A stretch of 63,322 nucleotides of DNA, filler included, from Octopus bimaculoides (Eukaryota): assembly GCF_001194135.2 (NCBI RefSeq). It is 5 parts of 5 records of this genome, joined end to end, with 100 filler letters (N's around TTAATTAATTAA, not from the genome) between each part and the next. Parts side by side here need not be neighbours in the genome. Positions count along the whole stretch, not along the records: positions 1 to 31,012 come from NC_068988.1; 4 more parts are not named here. One strand, 5' to 3'. The notes beneath the pieces are model-generated. The model saw only the letters and a list, made by a program, of their open reading frames with translations, was not told the origin of the DNA and ran no database searches. Made by a program: the position numbers and the translations under genes. Below, piece by piece: positions 1-13,676 of the stretch. Every line of letters starts with the position of its first letter. Position 1 is the first letter of the stretch.

Positions 1-189
1 GGAAGACGTTTTTGAATTTTTGGAAATAAGGCTCTAAATAGAGCTATTTCCGATTTGAAAAATATATTTTCCCGGAGTATTTTGTGTTATACACAACTTA
101 TACAAAATTTTAAAAAGAAAATGGGTCTTTTAAGAAGTGAAAAATGGAACTTACATGGGAGCCGATGTATCTACCGTCCGTCCATGATG

Positions 190-225
<36 letters not shown>

Positions 226-227
226 CA

Positions 228-452
228 CTGTATGTGTGTCTTTGTGTCTGTGTTTGTCCTCCACCATCACTTGACAACCGGTGTTGGTGTGTTTACACCT
301 CACTAACTTAGCAGTTCAACCAAAGTGATTGATAGAATAAGTAGGAGACCTTTAAAAAAGTCCTATGGTCAATTTGCTCGATTAAAAATGAACCTTGAAG
401 GCGGTGCTCCAGCATGGCCACAGTCAAATGACTAAAACAAGTAAAATAATAA
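228..452 (+). mobile_element. SINE family A, 3' half
   Basis: CTTGACAACCGGTGTTGGTGTG..GGCGGTGCTCCAGCATGGCCACAGTCAAATGACT. Confidence 0.85.
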
Positions 453-1049
453 AGGAGAGCAATATAGATCGCCTTAATACCCATACATCACTGAAGTGAC
501 ACGTAAAGCAACCTCTACTCTATCGCTGCAGCAATGGATGTTTTTTGGCACTCAGCAATGGTAGTGCTTTGGGTGTCGGTGCAAACTGACACACGTGAGA
601 AATCAAATAAAAACTTTCAGAACGAGAAGGGGAAAAAAACAACAACACCTATGTGTAATAATTTAGAATTTAGATCAATGGTGATGTTATTANNNNNNNN
701 NNNNNNNNNNNNNNNNNNNNNNNNNNNNNNNNNNNNNNNNNNNNNNNNNNNNNNNNNNNNNNNNNNNNNNNNNNNNNNNNNNNNNNNNNNNNNNNNNNNN
801 NNNNNNNNNNNNNNNNNNNNNNNNNNNNNNNNNNNNNNNNNNNNNNNNNNNNNNNNNNNNNNNNNNNNNNNNNNNNNNNNNNNNNNNNNNNNNNNNNNNN
901 NNNNNNNNNNNNNNNNNNNNNNNNNNNNNNNNNNNNNNNNNNNNNNNNNNNNNNNNNNNNNNNNNNNNNNNNNNNNNNNNNNNNNNNNNNNNNNNNNNNN
1001 NNNNNNNNNNNNNNNNNNNNNNNNNNNNNNNNNNNNNNNNNNNNNNNNN

Positions 1050-1132
<83 letters not shown>

Positions 1133-1376
1133 TTGTGTATGTATGTAAGTATGTATGTATGTATGTATGTATGTATATATATATACATACATATACATAT
1201 ATGAAGTTGCAGGTCGTGAACTTAAAGATTTCACATATACGTAAATTTTATGCTTTTCTTAAATTGATATTCAAAAATGAAACTATAAAGTTTTACATTC
1301 TACACTGCAACTTATAGACCTTGGTACGTCAAGAAGTACCAGAACACAACTACTTTAATGAAAGTAAAACCGAATC

Positions 1377-1575
1377 AGGACAATTATCCCCCGTAGGACA
1401 ATTCCCTCCGACGACTATTCCCCTCCTTGGTTAATCCCCCCCTCCAATATTACACCCCCTAAAACAATTACCCTCCTTGGTTAATTACCACCTCTCCAAT
1501 ATATTAAGAAGTTTTAAATCATCATCTGTTGTCCTCAGGGGGTTATTGTCCATAGGGTCGGGGTAAATGTCCTAG
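1377..1575. repeat. MITE-like segment with nested GGACAAT..CCCC / GGGG..TGTCC subrepeats
   Basis: Short C-rich units on the left and their reverse complements on the right. Confidence 0.4.
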
Positions 1576-1844
1576 GCTCAAGTAAAACAGACTGAGAAAA
1601 TATAAGGTGCATAAGTGATTTGGTGGTTAAACTCAGAACCGCATGAATAATAATTTTTTTCTTGTAAGGCAGCTACCTTAATGCATATATTATTTTCATT
1701 AGGAGGTGACAGAAGTTAATAGGTCCGAGGAGTGCAAGATGAAGCGCTTAGCAGTGTTTAACTGAGAGGGCGGCGTGCATTGATTATTCATCGTAGCTGT
1801 GTTACTGTTTCTGAGGAACTTGACAACGTACCCAGTTTTAACAA

Positions 1845-1928
<84 letters not shown>

Positions 1929-1975
1929 ATTACTGCAACCAGTAGCAGCACCAGCACTACCACCACAACCACCAA

Positions 1976-2023
<48 letters not shown>

Positions 2024-2084
2024 CATCACCACCCCTACTATTATTACTACCATCGCCATTACTACTACTACTACTACTACGACG

Positions 2085-2125
<41 letters not shown>
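1845..2125. repeat. (CTA)n/(CTG)n trinucleotide microsatellite
   Basis: Directly visible. Confidence 0.95.
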
Positions 2126-2689
2126 AATATCGAATCAATTCAACCCCCTCTTATTGTTCTTCAAATCGTCGAGCCTTTAAATGGTGGGTCGACTTGCTAG
2201 AAAGACCAGCTAAATATGCATTACACCACACCCTATCATCTTACGAAATGAATGATTTATTCGCAAACAGATACCTACATCTGAGTAATACAGGTCATTG
2301 CCAGTGTATTAATCGTAGTCATGCTGGATTAGCGCCTATATTCAGCTAAACAATAAGAGCGTGTCTCTCTCTTTCTCCCCTTCTCTCCCTCTCTCTCTCT
2401 AGCTAGCTAGCTATCTATCCCTATCTCTCTCTCTCTCTGGCTCATCATATTCTCGGTGGAGTTTTAACTCTGGAATAGAAGTCAACAAACGCTTATAACA
2501 GTGATATATATTTTCTGTGAGACAAACTAGACCATTTGAGCATTAAGTGATTTGGCAACTGAGTGACGCTGCACTAGGGATATAATACAATCTGTAATCC
2601 TTTCAGTCAGTATTTTGTAGCTTGTCACATTACTTGTTAGGTCATCTGCAACATTCGCTGAAACTAACTGTCGGGGGAAGATAATATCA

Positions 2690-3120
2690 CTGCATGAAAT
2701 ATTTCAACAACGAAACGTCACAACGATAAAGTATCACAACAATGAAATATTATAGCAACAAAACAGCGAAGCAATGACACATCACAGGAATGATGTAACA
2801 GAATAATGAAATATTCTAACAACAAAACACAACTGCAATGACAAATTACATCAATGAAATATTGCAGCAATAGAATAAGAACATAATGAAGCATAGCTGC
2901 AAAAAAGCAGTGCAGTTATGGAATATCTTAGCAATGAAGCATCACAACAATGAAACATCACAACATTGAGACACTGCTACAATGTAACATCGCGGCAATC
3001 CGATAATGAATTTCGAAAGCCTTGTATAAATGAAAGCTCATCATAATGAAACATTGTAGTCATTAAATAATGCAGCAATCGAGCATCACAACAATTAGCA
3101 TTCCAGTTATGAAACATTGT
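2690..3120. repeat. Degenerate ~16-bp minisatellite (AATGAAACATCACAAC-like)
   Basis: AATGAAA(C/T)AT core recurs at about 16-nt spacing. Confidence 0.65.
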
Positions 3121-4319
3121 TGTTAAGTAACTAAAGAAGGAAAACAGACTGGAATCTCTCTTGCAACTGGATAAAATCGAAATATACCGAGAAGTACCAT
3201 ATCTCTTTTTATTTTACAAAGAAACATCCTCTCTAATTTTTCTACAGGATATGATATGAATTTGATTCAATCCAGTCAGTAGAGCATATTGCAGAAGAAA
3301 TAGTAAATTCAGTAAGTTAAAGAGCCTACACATATGTCATGCAACAAATATTCCTTAAAACTTTCTCAAAGCATGCATATATATTCCATCATTAAAACAA
3401 AAATGAGGACATTCGGTAAGGTAGTCATAAATACAACCATGCCACCCACCATAAATGAAACGAAAGGATTGTTGTGGCTGGAATGGTTTTGTGTATATCT
3501 ACTGAATTAAGATTATTGAGAGAGCATATCGTCAACAATAACAACAACAACCTGATGAGTGCCGAGGGAAAAAAATGTGTACTGTCGACACTAACTGCAA
3601 AGGGTGACTAAAAGTGAAATGATAAGAGCAAATCTAAAGAAGTTGGTCTCTCATAGATGAGATATTACAAGAACAGGCTAAGTGATCATGTAACGTGTAA
3701 CAGTTCTATCCAACCCACGTCTGTATGGCTTTTAAATGGATGTTAAAGCAGTTATGGTGTTATAATATTGATTGTAAAACTTTATGACAATACTTTGTTA
3801 CTCAGAAGCAGAAGTGAGCCTCCATCTATAAAATTTAGTTGCAGTATCTAAAATAGTAGATAAGTGGATACGAAGCAATCATAGGTGGATGCCACAAGAT
3901 TAAAGGAACAGTCCTAACTTTATTCTTTATCGTGTATTTAACCTTTCTCATCTCACTACGTTTATTTACATGATCAAACGGCTTATTTTCTCCCTCTGTT
4001 TTTTTTTCTTTCTGTTTATAACAGGAATGTTCTGGAAGACAGCTAAAGCTAAAAACATTATTTTTTTATGGTGAAATAATTTTAACACCTCAGTGTTTGT
4101 GTAAAACTGTTAACCTTTTGCTTTAAACTATTTTTGTTTATATTTTTTGAACTTTTTCTTTCCCAAAATATCTACCATTTTTATATTGAGAAACCATTAT
4201 TGCAAACTATAATTTTGTAATGTAATATCTTTGACAATCGAATAAAATATCTGCCTTCTTTTTCTCTTTCATTCTTTCTTTCTCTCAAAGACAATAAATG
4301 TCAGTGCAGCGAAACTAGG

Positions 4320-4790
4320 ACGTGAACAATAACAAAAGCAACATTACTGCAATGATACTAAAGAATACAATAAAAACAACATTATAATAGAAATGACATT
4401 ATAGAAAGAATACAGCAGAGGAAAAATTTACATTAACGTATGGTAAGTATAAAGAGAAAAATAACACAAATAATGACTATAGAGAAAGAAGGATTGACAA
4501 TATTGCTGTAATGAAAGTAATGAAAGATGAAATGATAACATTGCTGTAATGACAATACAGACAGAATAAAGGACATCATTGTTGGAGTGAGAGAAGTATT
4601 GACAACATTACTGCAACGAAGATAGAAAGAGAAGTGATAATATTGCAGTAATGACAGTAAAAACCGAGGGAATGACAATGTTATTGTAATGAGAGAAGAA
4701 ATGACATCAGTTTAGTAATGACAGTAACGACAATATGTATGACAGCATTATTGTAATGAAAGTAAAGAGAAATGACAAGTCCGTGAAAAT
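4320..4790. repeat. Degenerate ~33-bp minisatellite (ATGACAACATTGCTGTAATGA core)
   Basis: Recurring core with a purine-rich linker. Confidence 0.6.
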
Positions 4791-5894
4791 AAAGACAGAA
4801 GTACGAAGTCAAGAAAACTAAAGAGAAAAATGAAAGCTAAGAGACAAAACACTGTTGGTGCAATGAAATGTGATCTGTGTTAAATTTGGACGAAATTCCT
4901 TCAAAATTTCATAAAATCTTGAAGTGGTCCTTCAGTGTTTATTTATTGCTGTTGATGATGTTTATCCCTGGAACATCCGTAATCAGCCAAAATAAATTGC
5001 AACCATGACCTTCCTGTCATTTTCTATAGCACACTGCCCAAAAATCACATTATTCAACGTCCTTATTTTTAAAGATAATGTCTAGTAATTTGAGAGAGGC
5101 ATTTGGGTGCTACTTCTAAGAGAAGAATTGTCAAAAATAACTTCCACTTCATATTGGCTCACGATCTATTTACTATTGATGCTGTTACTGATATACTTTA
5201 ACTCCAGGTATGACAAAATGTGTCCCATCTCTGACAATCTTGCATTTTTCAGACAAGATGAATCTTATCAAGTATGTCCTTCTATTTTAAGATATTATAG
5301 AGTGTGTTGTGAGAGAGATTGACTGCCATTTCTAGCAGGTTCAGCAAACATACAGTGGTTCTTTTGCTGACTCGCTCTGGAGGTGTTGTGCAATTCTATC
5401 GTTACAAGTTATTCTTAATCCAAAATGTCTACAATGAAAGATGCTCTAGATGTAACCATCTAGTATTTTGCCAGACATAGTGTGTCTAATGCACGTTTTA
5501 TTCTGAAAGGAAAATTCTAGAAAAATTTGACTGTTAAACAACTGTACAGATAGAGGCTTTTTCACTGGTTCCTGAGAGTTTTCTGTGTACCTGTTTGTAT
5601 ATGGAGTGTATCACCATCGTCGTCATCGTCGTCATATTAACATCTAATTGTCTCTGCTTGCATTGATCAGATGATGCTACGGAGAGGCAATATTCTCCAC
5701 AGCCGAATGCCCATCTAATCCAGATTTGTTTGCGTGGACGACCGAAACAACAACAACGTTTGCATGAATGGTAAGGCTTTTGTTCACAATCAGTAAACAG
5801 ATGTAAAGACGAAGAGGAATTACGATCTTAGAAACACACAGGGGCACACACACTTGCATATACACATATATGTGTCTGCGCGCGCGTGCGAGTG

Positions 5895-5975
<81 letters not shown>

Positions 5976-7002
5976 CGAGTTATAAAAAGCTGAATCCAAC
6001 AAAAGGTAACTGCTTCCGATGGAGAACATGTTGGTGAATATAGTACCCCATCAGTGTCAGTGTCAGTTATACATATTTCCAGAGGTAGTGTCTCTCAGAG
6101 GTGGGCTCGGGAGTGACATCGTTGATGGATTCGGAGAGAAAAGTGGGTGTCCGTGACTATCTGCTATGCCAAGCCCTCCACCACTCGCCATATAAAATTC
6201 TCGCAGTCCCCTTGAACTTTGTGGAACCTTACTTCAAGTCTCAAATCAGTCTTGTACTACGTTGCAAATTATTTTACGTTGGCCCTACCCAGAGGATAAT
6301 ACCTTAAACTAAGAATAAATAATGAATCGTAAAAGATTCCCGTTGTGTTGGTAACAGCAACAATAACATCTAAGTAACGTAGAAAGATTTTGATGATAGG
6401 TGTAGGTTGCACTGAAATGGTATGTTACTACTTCAGAATGTTTGTAGTCTAAAGGTGATTTTTATGAATAAAGAACTTTTTTCTGTTGTAACCACATTTA
6501 GATGGTGTATCCATATAATGAGGTATTGTGCTGGTGAATATTAGTCTATTAACAAACAGATATGAAAGTACAGGTTATAGAAGGTTGATTATATGCCCGG
6601 AGAAATTAGAGTGAATACCTTTATAGCTGAAGTATTCATTTGGTTTGTTGTGAGTGCATTAGCATTAATATATATTTTCATCAGCATTTAGGTATTCGAC
6701 GAATGACAATAATATAGTTTTGTATTGCTCGAAAATATATGGAGTTAACATGGAGTTAAACTCCGACATCAGCACTCTTAATGCTATAAAATCACAGTTG
6801 TGTCCACAAACAATCGTACTATCCGTTAAATGCAAATTGAATAAAACACTGAATGTGATGAAGGTCGATTTAAATACACTGTTAATGTTTTTTTTTTCCT
6901 TTTTCAGAATATATGATGACTGGTTTACAATGTGTAGCTGTTCACCAGGTAAACACATTATATTGATATTAGGTGGATAGCAAAAATTGGTGAGCTGGCA
7001 GA

Positions 7003-7212
7003 AAGGCGACGAGCTGGCAAAATCATTAACATGCCAGGGAAAATAATTAGCAGCACTTTTTTCAGTCTTTACGTTCTGAGTTCAAATTCTGCCGAGGTTG
7101 TCTTTGCCTTCTATCCTTTCGGAGGTTGATAAAATAAGTACCAGTTGAGCTCTGAGGAAGATCTTATCAATCTATCCCTCCCCGAAGTTGCTGGGATTGT
7201 GCCAAAACATGA
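7003..7212 (+). mobile_element. SINE family B (tail variant B2)
   Basis: AGGCGACGAGCTGGCA..TTCTGAGTTCAAATTC..TTTGCCTTCTATCCTTTCGG..ATAAGTACCAG. Confidence 0.75.
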
Positions 7213-7319
7213 AAAAGATATGAAGTGGATTGAGAGTCAAAAGATGTTGATTAGGTCTGCAGTATACAGGTAGTAACAGCCTAGATAGTGTGTAAATCTT
7301 ATTTAAATATCGCCTTCAT

Positions 7320-7605
7320 ATACCTATATCTAGTCAAAATGTACGCGCTCTGGTTAAGTCCAGTCACTTTATTTTCGTGTATTCAATCACTAACTATACA
7401 TAATACATCTCCAATCAACATCTATACACTGCATCTATTCAGTTAACATCTAGATTCTTTCACTACATACAAACTGCGTCTATCTATATACACGCCATAT
7501 TTGTCCAGTCTTTGAATACGCTGTGTACCTTCAAGTTAACATATCTGCACCGTATTTATATCCAGTCAACGTTTACACTCTCTATCTATATCTAGTCACT
7601 ATATG
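7320..7605. repeat. Degenerate ~28-bp tandem repeat
   Basis: Recurring TATCTAGTCA/TCCAGTCAAC..TATACAC motifs. Confidence 0.45.
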
Positions 7606-7609
7606 TGCA

Positions 7610-7978
7610 GGCATGGCGGTGTGATTGAGAAAATTCATTTTGTAACAACGTGGTTTTGGGTTCAGTTCACTGCACGGCAATTATCATTGGACATGTGTCT
7701 TCTATTATAACTCCGGTTTGACCAATGTCTTGTGCGTGAGTTTGGGAGACGCAGATTGTGCACATGGCCATTATAAACCCGTGTGTGTGTGTGTATATAT
7801 ATATGTGTGTGTGTGTGTGTATATGTGTGTGTGTGGGGGGGGGTTATGTTCCTGTCATTTGTTTACACCCCTGAGACCTATAGAATAAATACTGAAGCCG
7901 ACTGTTTTGGAATAAAACTTCAAGGCAGTTCCTCAGCAAGGTTGCATTCCAATGTGACTGAAACAAATAACTGATAAA
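7610..7978 (+). mobile_element. Old SINE family A-like copy
   Basis: Diverged head (GGTTCAGTTCACTGC), body, (GT)n and a tail ending GACTGAAACAAAT. Confidence 0.65.
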
Positions 7979-8071
7979 ACTTTATCTTCATCCACTTTCT
8001 CGTCATCCAGTCAAAATCTATATTCTGTATCTATANNNNNNNNNNNNNNNNNNNNNNNNNNNNNNNNNNNN

Positions 8072-8125
<54 letters not shown>

Positions 8126-9569
8126 CGAGAGAGGGGGAGAGAGAGACTCCGTCGTTACATTCACCTCTGGGACTGTCGTAGATGGAATGTATTTAACCAT
8201 AAGTCTACTCAATCAGGAATGACAGGACTTATATATTAACTTGTTGAAAAAGAACACGTTGAACAGTGTAGTCACAAAAGCATGTTGTTTTGGAAATAAG
8301 ATGGGATGAGAAAAGTAAGAATGACTTTGATCGTGGCTAAGTGATCAGGATAACCTTGTGACTAAATAACAATACTAGATCTGCTAAAAAAAAGAAGCCC
8401 TAACTCCTTTACACCTCACACTATCACTTTTATAAATAAATAATGTGGCCTTATATATATTTTTAAAAAATAGATTATACGAGGTGGTCGTGTATGAAGG
8501 TCTTGGGGCTATAGGTTTGTTTGATAAAAACTGCTTTGGTATTAAACATCAGCTACCGTATATAGCTATGAAACAAGCCATTATGTGATCACACCACCTA
8601 ATACATAGAAATAACAACCAGCTCTCGCTTAACTCATATACTATCGTACCTAAAATATTGTACGCTCAGATAATGTAGGCATTGATAGACAATATCTAAA
8701 AATCTAGTGGAATAAGTATTACTGAAAAATATTTGAATATAGATATTTTCATTCAGGGTTGACTTCTTGAGGATAAACATTAGGGGTAATAATATATGCA
8801 ATGAAATTTCTCTGGTGTTGCTATTATTTCGTTAACCGCAATAAGAAAAAAAAGGCAGAGATAAAATCTCATGCTAGAGCATTTGAAAAATCTTGCAACA
8901 AACAATGGAGAGTTACATAACTTCACTCAGAAACTGTCATTGTATCCAACTAGGCAGCTTTTATGCCTTCACACCTCAACAATATATAACACAATAATAT
9001 ACTTATAACTTCATCAAAATCTTCAAATCCCTCACACAACAGATGCAAAGGAATGGTTTATAACTAAATTTGGCAGCTGAGCCAAAACGAAATGAGCAAT
9101 TCCCAAGACTATTTGAACAGTTTCAATGAGGTTGCATTATTAGACCAGTGCATTGCTGATGGTAATTTCAATCAATGAAAGCAAGCCTCGATGTGAGGTA
9201 AAATGGTTGCTTTCACAATTTTAATAAATCCACTTTAGGCCAATCTGCATTTTGTCAGAATTGTCTGCTGGAATTTTATGGACAATGTTGAAAGCAAGAA
9301 ATTAAAACTCTTCAATATTACTTCTCTTCGTATTGCAAAGCAATTATCTCAAACCTATACATCTGCACTAGTTGTATACGAACAAACGCAGAGAGAAATG
9401 TGCGTTTGTCACATGTATGTATTTCCTGTAAATGCATGTATATATATATATGTATATATATNNNNNNNNNNNNNNNNNNNNNNNNNNNNNNNNNNNNNNN
9501 NNNNNNNNNNNNNNNNNNNNNNNNNNNNNNNNNNNNNNNNNNNNNNNNNNNNNNNNNNNNNNNNNNNNN

Positions 9570-9607
<38 letters not shown>

Positions 9608-11714
9608 AGTATGTATGTATTTATATATATGTGTGTATGTATGTATTTATTAATGTGAGTGTATATATATATATATATATATATATGCATACACATGCAC
9701 ACACACATGCATAAATCTATATATATTGAGAGATAGAAGAGAGAGAGATAGAGCAGAGGGACAGAGAAAGAGAGAACGGGAGCTATGTACAACAAATGTG
9801 TTTGACATGTGTATGCAGGTGTGATTACACATATACTCTCTATAAACAAATATACGCAACGCACAAACAAGTACACACACACATGTAAAACACACACACA
9901 CACACACACACACACAGAAGGCTTCAATGTGTATTGTAAATATATATATACATGTATGTATGTGTATAATTGTGTTTAACAAATGTATGTACATACCTTT
10001 GCAAAACGCATGTATACACGTGTGCGTGTGTGAGCATGTGTGCAGATGTGAACGAAATAATATAGTCCCATTTGTGTATGTAAATTGTTACACACATATA
10101 TAACTGAGTGTTCATGCATATACATATATATATGTATATATATTGCTTTAGATGTTCATTCATAAAGATATATATGTATATAAATATATATGTGAGTGTA
10201 TAAATATAGCAGCTATTTATAATTTTATATACCCATCCTTATATATATATATATATATATATNNNNNNNNNNNNNNNNNNNNNNNNNNNNNNNNNNNNNN
10301 NNNNNNNNNNNNNNNNNNNNNNNNNNNNNNNNNNNNNNNNNNNNNNNNNNNNNNNNNNNNNNNNNNNNNNNNNNNNNNNNNNNNNNNNNNNNNNNNNNNN
10401 NNNNNNNNNNNNNNNNNNNNNNNNNNNNNNNNNNNNNNNNNNNNNNNNNNNNNNNNNNNNNNNNNNNNNNNNNNNNNNNNNNNNNNNNNNNNNNNNNNNN
10501 NNNNNNNNNNNNNNNNNNNNNNNNNNNNNNNNNNNNNNNNNNNNNNNNNNNNNNNNNNNNNNNNNNNNNNNNNNNNNNNNNNNNNNNNNNNNNNNNNNNN
10601 NNNNNNNNNNNNNNNNNNNNNNNNNNNNNNNNNNNNNNNNNNNNNNNNNNNNNNNNNNNNNNNNNNNNNNNNNNNNNNNNNNNNNNNNNNNNNNNNNNNN
10701 NNNNNNNNNNNNNNNNNNNNNNNNNNNNNNNNNNNNNNNNNNNNNNNNNNNNNNNNNNNNNNNNNNNNNNNNNNNNNNNNNNNNNNNNNNNNNNNNNNNN
10801 NNNNNNNNNNNNNNNNNNNNNNNNNNNNNNNNNNNNNNNNNNNNNNNNNNNNNNNNNNNNNNNNNNNNNNNNNNNNNNNNNNNNNNNNNNNNNNNNNNNN
10901 NNNNNNNNNNNNNNNNNNNNNNNNNNNNNNNNNNNNNNNNNNNNNNNNNNNNNNNNNNNNNNNNNNNNNNNNNNNNNNNNNNNNNNNNNNNNNNNNNNNN
11001 NNNNNNNNNNNNNNNNNNNNNNNNNNNNNNNNNNNNNNNNNNNNNNNNNNNNNNNNNNNNNNNNNNNNNNNNNNNNNNNNNNNNNNNNNNNNNNNNNNNN
11101 NNNNNNNNNNNNNNNNNNNNNNNNNNNNNNNNNNNNNNNNNNNNNTATATATATATATATATATATATATATGTAAATATATACATACAGATACATGTGC
11201 ATGTTCGAAAGAATGAATCATTCTCGTATAGAATGAACTATTCAATAACTTAATCATTACAGCGAGTTATGTTACTATATTGGTGACTAGTCTACGAAAT
11301 GGTTCACGTTTTGATTACGTTCAAAACTAGTGACCAGATTCAACATAAATACCCATAAATACTAAATATCTCTATGCCTTCTTCTTGGAGAGAAGGCAAG
11401 GAATCAGCCAGTTGTGCAACATTAAACAGTTCTAAGAGAATAAGTTAAAAGTGTGAAGTTGTGATATTGAAGCGTATATAGCCATGGCTGATCTCTGAAC
11501 TTATGCACAAGTTATTTTGTGAGCAGTAAGTATCGACCGGATATTAACAATTAGTCTGATAGCCATATGCACGCTCATACACATACTAGGTTCAATTATT
11601 TTTTCTGAACATACTATACACGTTTACGTGCGAGCATACATATATTTATCTATAGACAACTGTAGAAATATACATATATAAATGTAAAGGTAAAATGACC
11701 TCCCAGCGTCATAC

Positions 11715-11907
11715 CGACTTCATATGTATTACTCAGCTGGATGGGACGCCGGTCTACCTCATGATTACTCAATTTTTCTAGCTAAGTGGACTGGAACAAT
11801 GACGTTTTTCGCTCAAGAACACAACGAGTCACCTGGTCTATGAATGGAAATCACAATCTTACGATCAGGAGTCTAACACCCTAACCACTAGGCCACGCGC
11901 CTCCACT
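11715..11907 (-). mobile_element. tRNA-derived SINE (family C-like head, different body)
   Basis: Head TGGAGGCGCGTGGCCTAGTGGTTAGGGTGTTAGACTC. Confidence 0.7.
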
Positions 11908-12239
11908 AAACATGCATACATACCTAGATGTATTGAAAAAATCGATGATAAGTTATGTGTGTGTTGTATTTGTGTGTGTGTGTGTATGTGTGTATATGTA
12001 TGAGTTCTCAGCACCACTTTGGTGGATAAATGATCTTTATTGGGGGAGCATGGAAGACTATCATTGGTTTCATTTTGAGAGAGATCTCTCTGTACAATCA
12101 TTCAAGTCTATATCTTGGGATGTTGGTGTTCGTCTACCCTTCCCAAAATCAACTCAATGGTAGTCCTATCACTTTACAAATAAAAACAAAAGTATACATA
12201 TATTATCGAACACACCTATACGATGCACCTGATTAGCTT

Positions 12240-13110
12240 GTTCACCGGTAGGCTGCTTGTTGACGCGTTAGGGATGGCTCTCAAAGCGCCTGGTGTTAGA
12301 ACACTTGAGGGCACAGGCAATCGACAAATCTCACCCCGACTTCCGTTCAAGAGCGATGGATATCGATCTCTCTTTCTTTTTTCGGGGGTGGTCTTTTAAA
12401 CATTACGTACCTGAACCAAATTGGAGATGAGCTGAATTGCCTGTCCATGACTATGTGTGAAATGATGTAAAAAGCATCAGTTCTAAAACCACTGCCTGTC
12501 TACTACTTTTTGTAGATAGTATTTGAGGGTGATCAGTTTCCTTGTGAGTGTTTCTTGGCGGCAAATCTCATAGAATTTGGATTACCTATCATGCTGTCGT
12601 AGCTGATGAATCGAGAAATCATTTTTAGCTTCACATTTGCTGATAATGTCCAACTGTCTTACCTTTTCCCTCAGTCTTTTTATGTTATTTTGGAGGGAGG
12701 TAATCTCTTTTGGGTTAGAAGTATCCTTTGGATTGGTTTCTTTTACTCCCATCTCCTGGTGCACACTTAATGGGGCACATTATAGCAAGACATTTATTGT
12801 CCAAAACATGGGAGCTTGAATTTGAATCACTTCTCTGGAAATTTCATCGATCACAGATGACATCAGTTCGTTGGGATTTTACTGAACTCGTGTCGGTATC
12901 GTTCTCCCATGCAGTGCTTTATGTATGTAAGCATGAAGTTCTGTTTGAACTGCGATGCAAGCTGTAATTTTAGCATTTTATATTCCAAACCGTTATGGTG
13001 AAATCGTATGTGGTTGCCACATATTTGTGTAGTGGAGTGGTGGTGGTTTGTTATTGTAATGGTCGTGCTTCTTGATGTCCACAGCCTTTCCGCGGAAAAC
13101 TTTACTGTGT
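12240..13110 (-). mobile_element. Tentative decayed non-LTR retrotransposon N-terminal region (R4/Dong-like?)
   Basis: Long, mostly open minus frame (..FWTINVLL*..LQNNIKRLREKVRQL..DRQFSSSP) with scattered stops. The family assignment is a weak resemblance only. Confidence 0.3.
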
Positions 13111-13642
13111 TGGTAATATGATTATTATCACGTATGCAATTTGGCTGAGTGGTTTTGTTTGTTAGGGTGGCTTATTTCTTTCCAAAAAATGTAGCTTGTG
13201 GTATATTTGATGTTCTGAAAAAATTAAGACTATTGGGTATTTCTTATCCCAATATTAAGTCTCTTCGTGTGGCCTACCGAGGAGTCTTCGCTAGCCTTTC
13301 AGTAGAACTGGAATGGGTCTTGGTTCAGTTCAAAAGTCCACTGGAATTTTTATCGATAGTTCCGCGATCTGCAATAGCTGACTCCGGCTTCTTACGTCGT
13401 CATGGCGCATGTGTTGTAATTTTCCACCTGGTATATTTCACTATTTGCTTGCAGCTACGAAATTTTCGAAAGAGTTTGTATTTACTCAAAGATAGCTATT
13501 TCTTTTAAGAGATATGTATGAATTACAAAAAATTATGGTAAAAATTTATGGGACATAGTATTCATTATCAAAAGGAACGAATAGTCTTTCATACCAGCTT
13601 GTCTGTATTGTACCATATTATGCATGCATGTATGTATATATG

Positions 13643-13676
<34 letters not shown>

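Noticed and set aside
3551-3590. CTGATGAG..GAAA near 3.55 kb (similar partial hits at 15241, 16486, 54035 and minus 56600)
   Set aside because: Stem I or III pairing is absent or inconsistent.
11860-11907. tRNA-like sequences here and at about 41570-41641
   Set aside because: They are SINE heads continuing into SINE bodies, with no complete cloverleaf.
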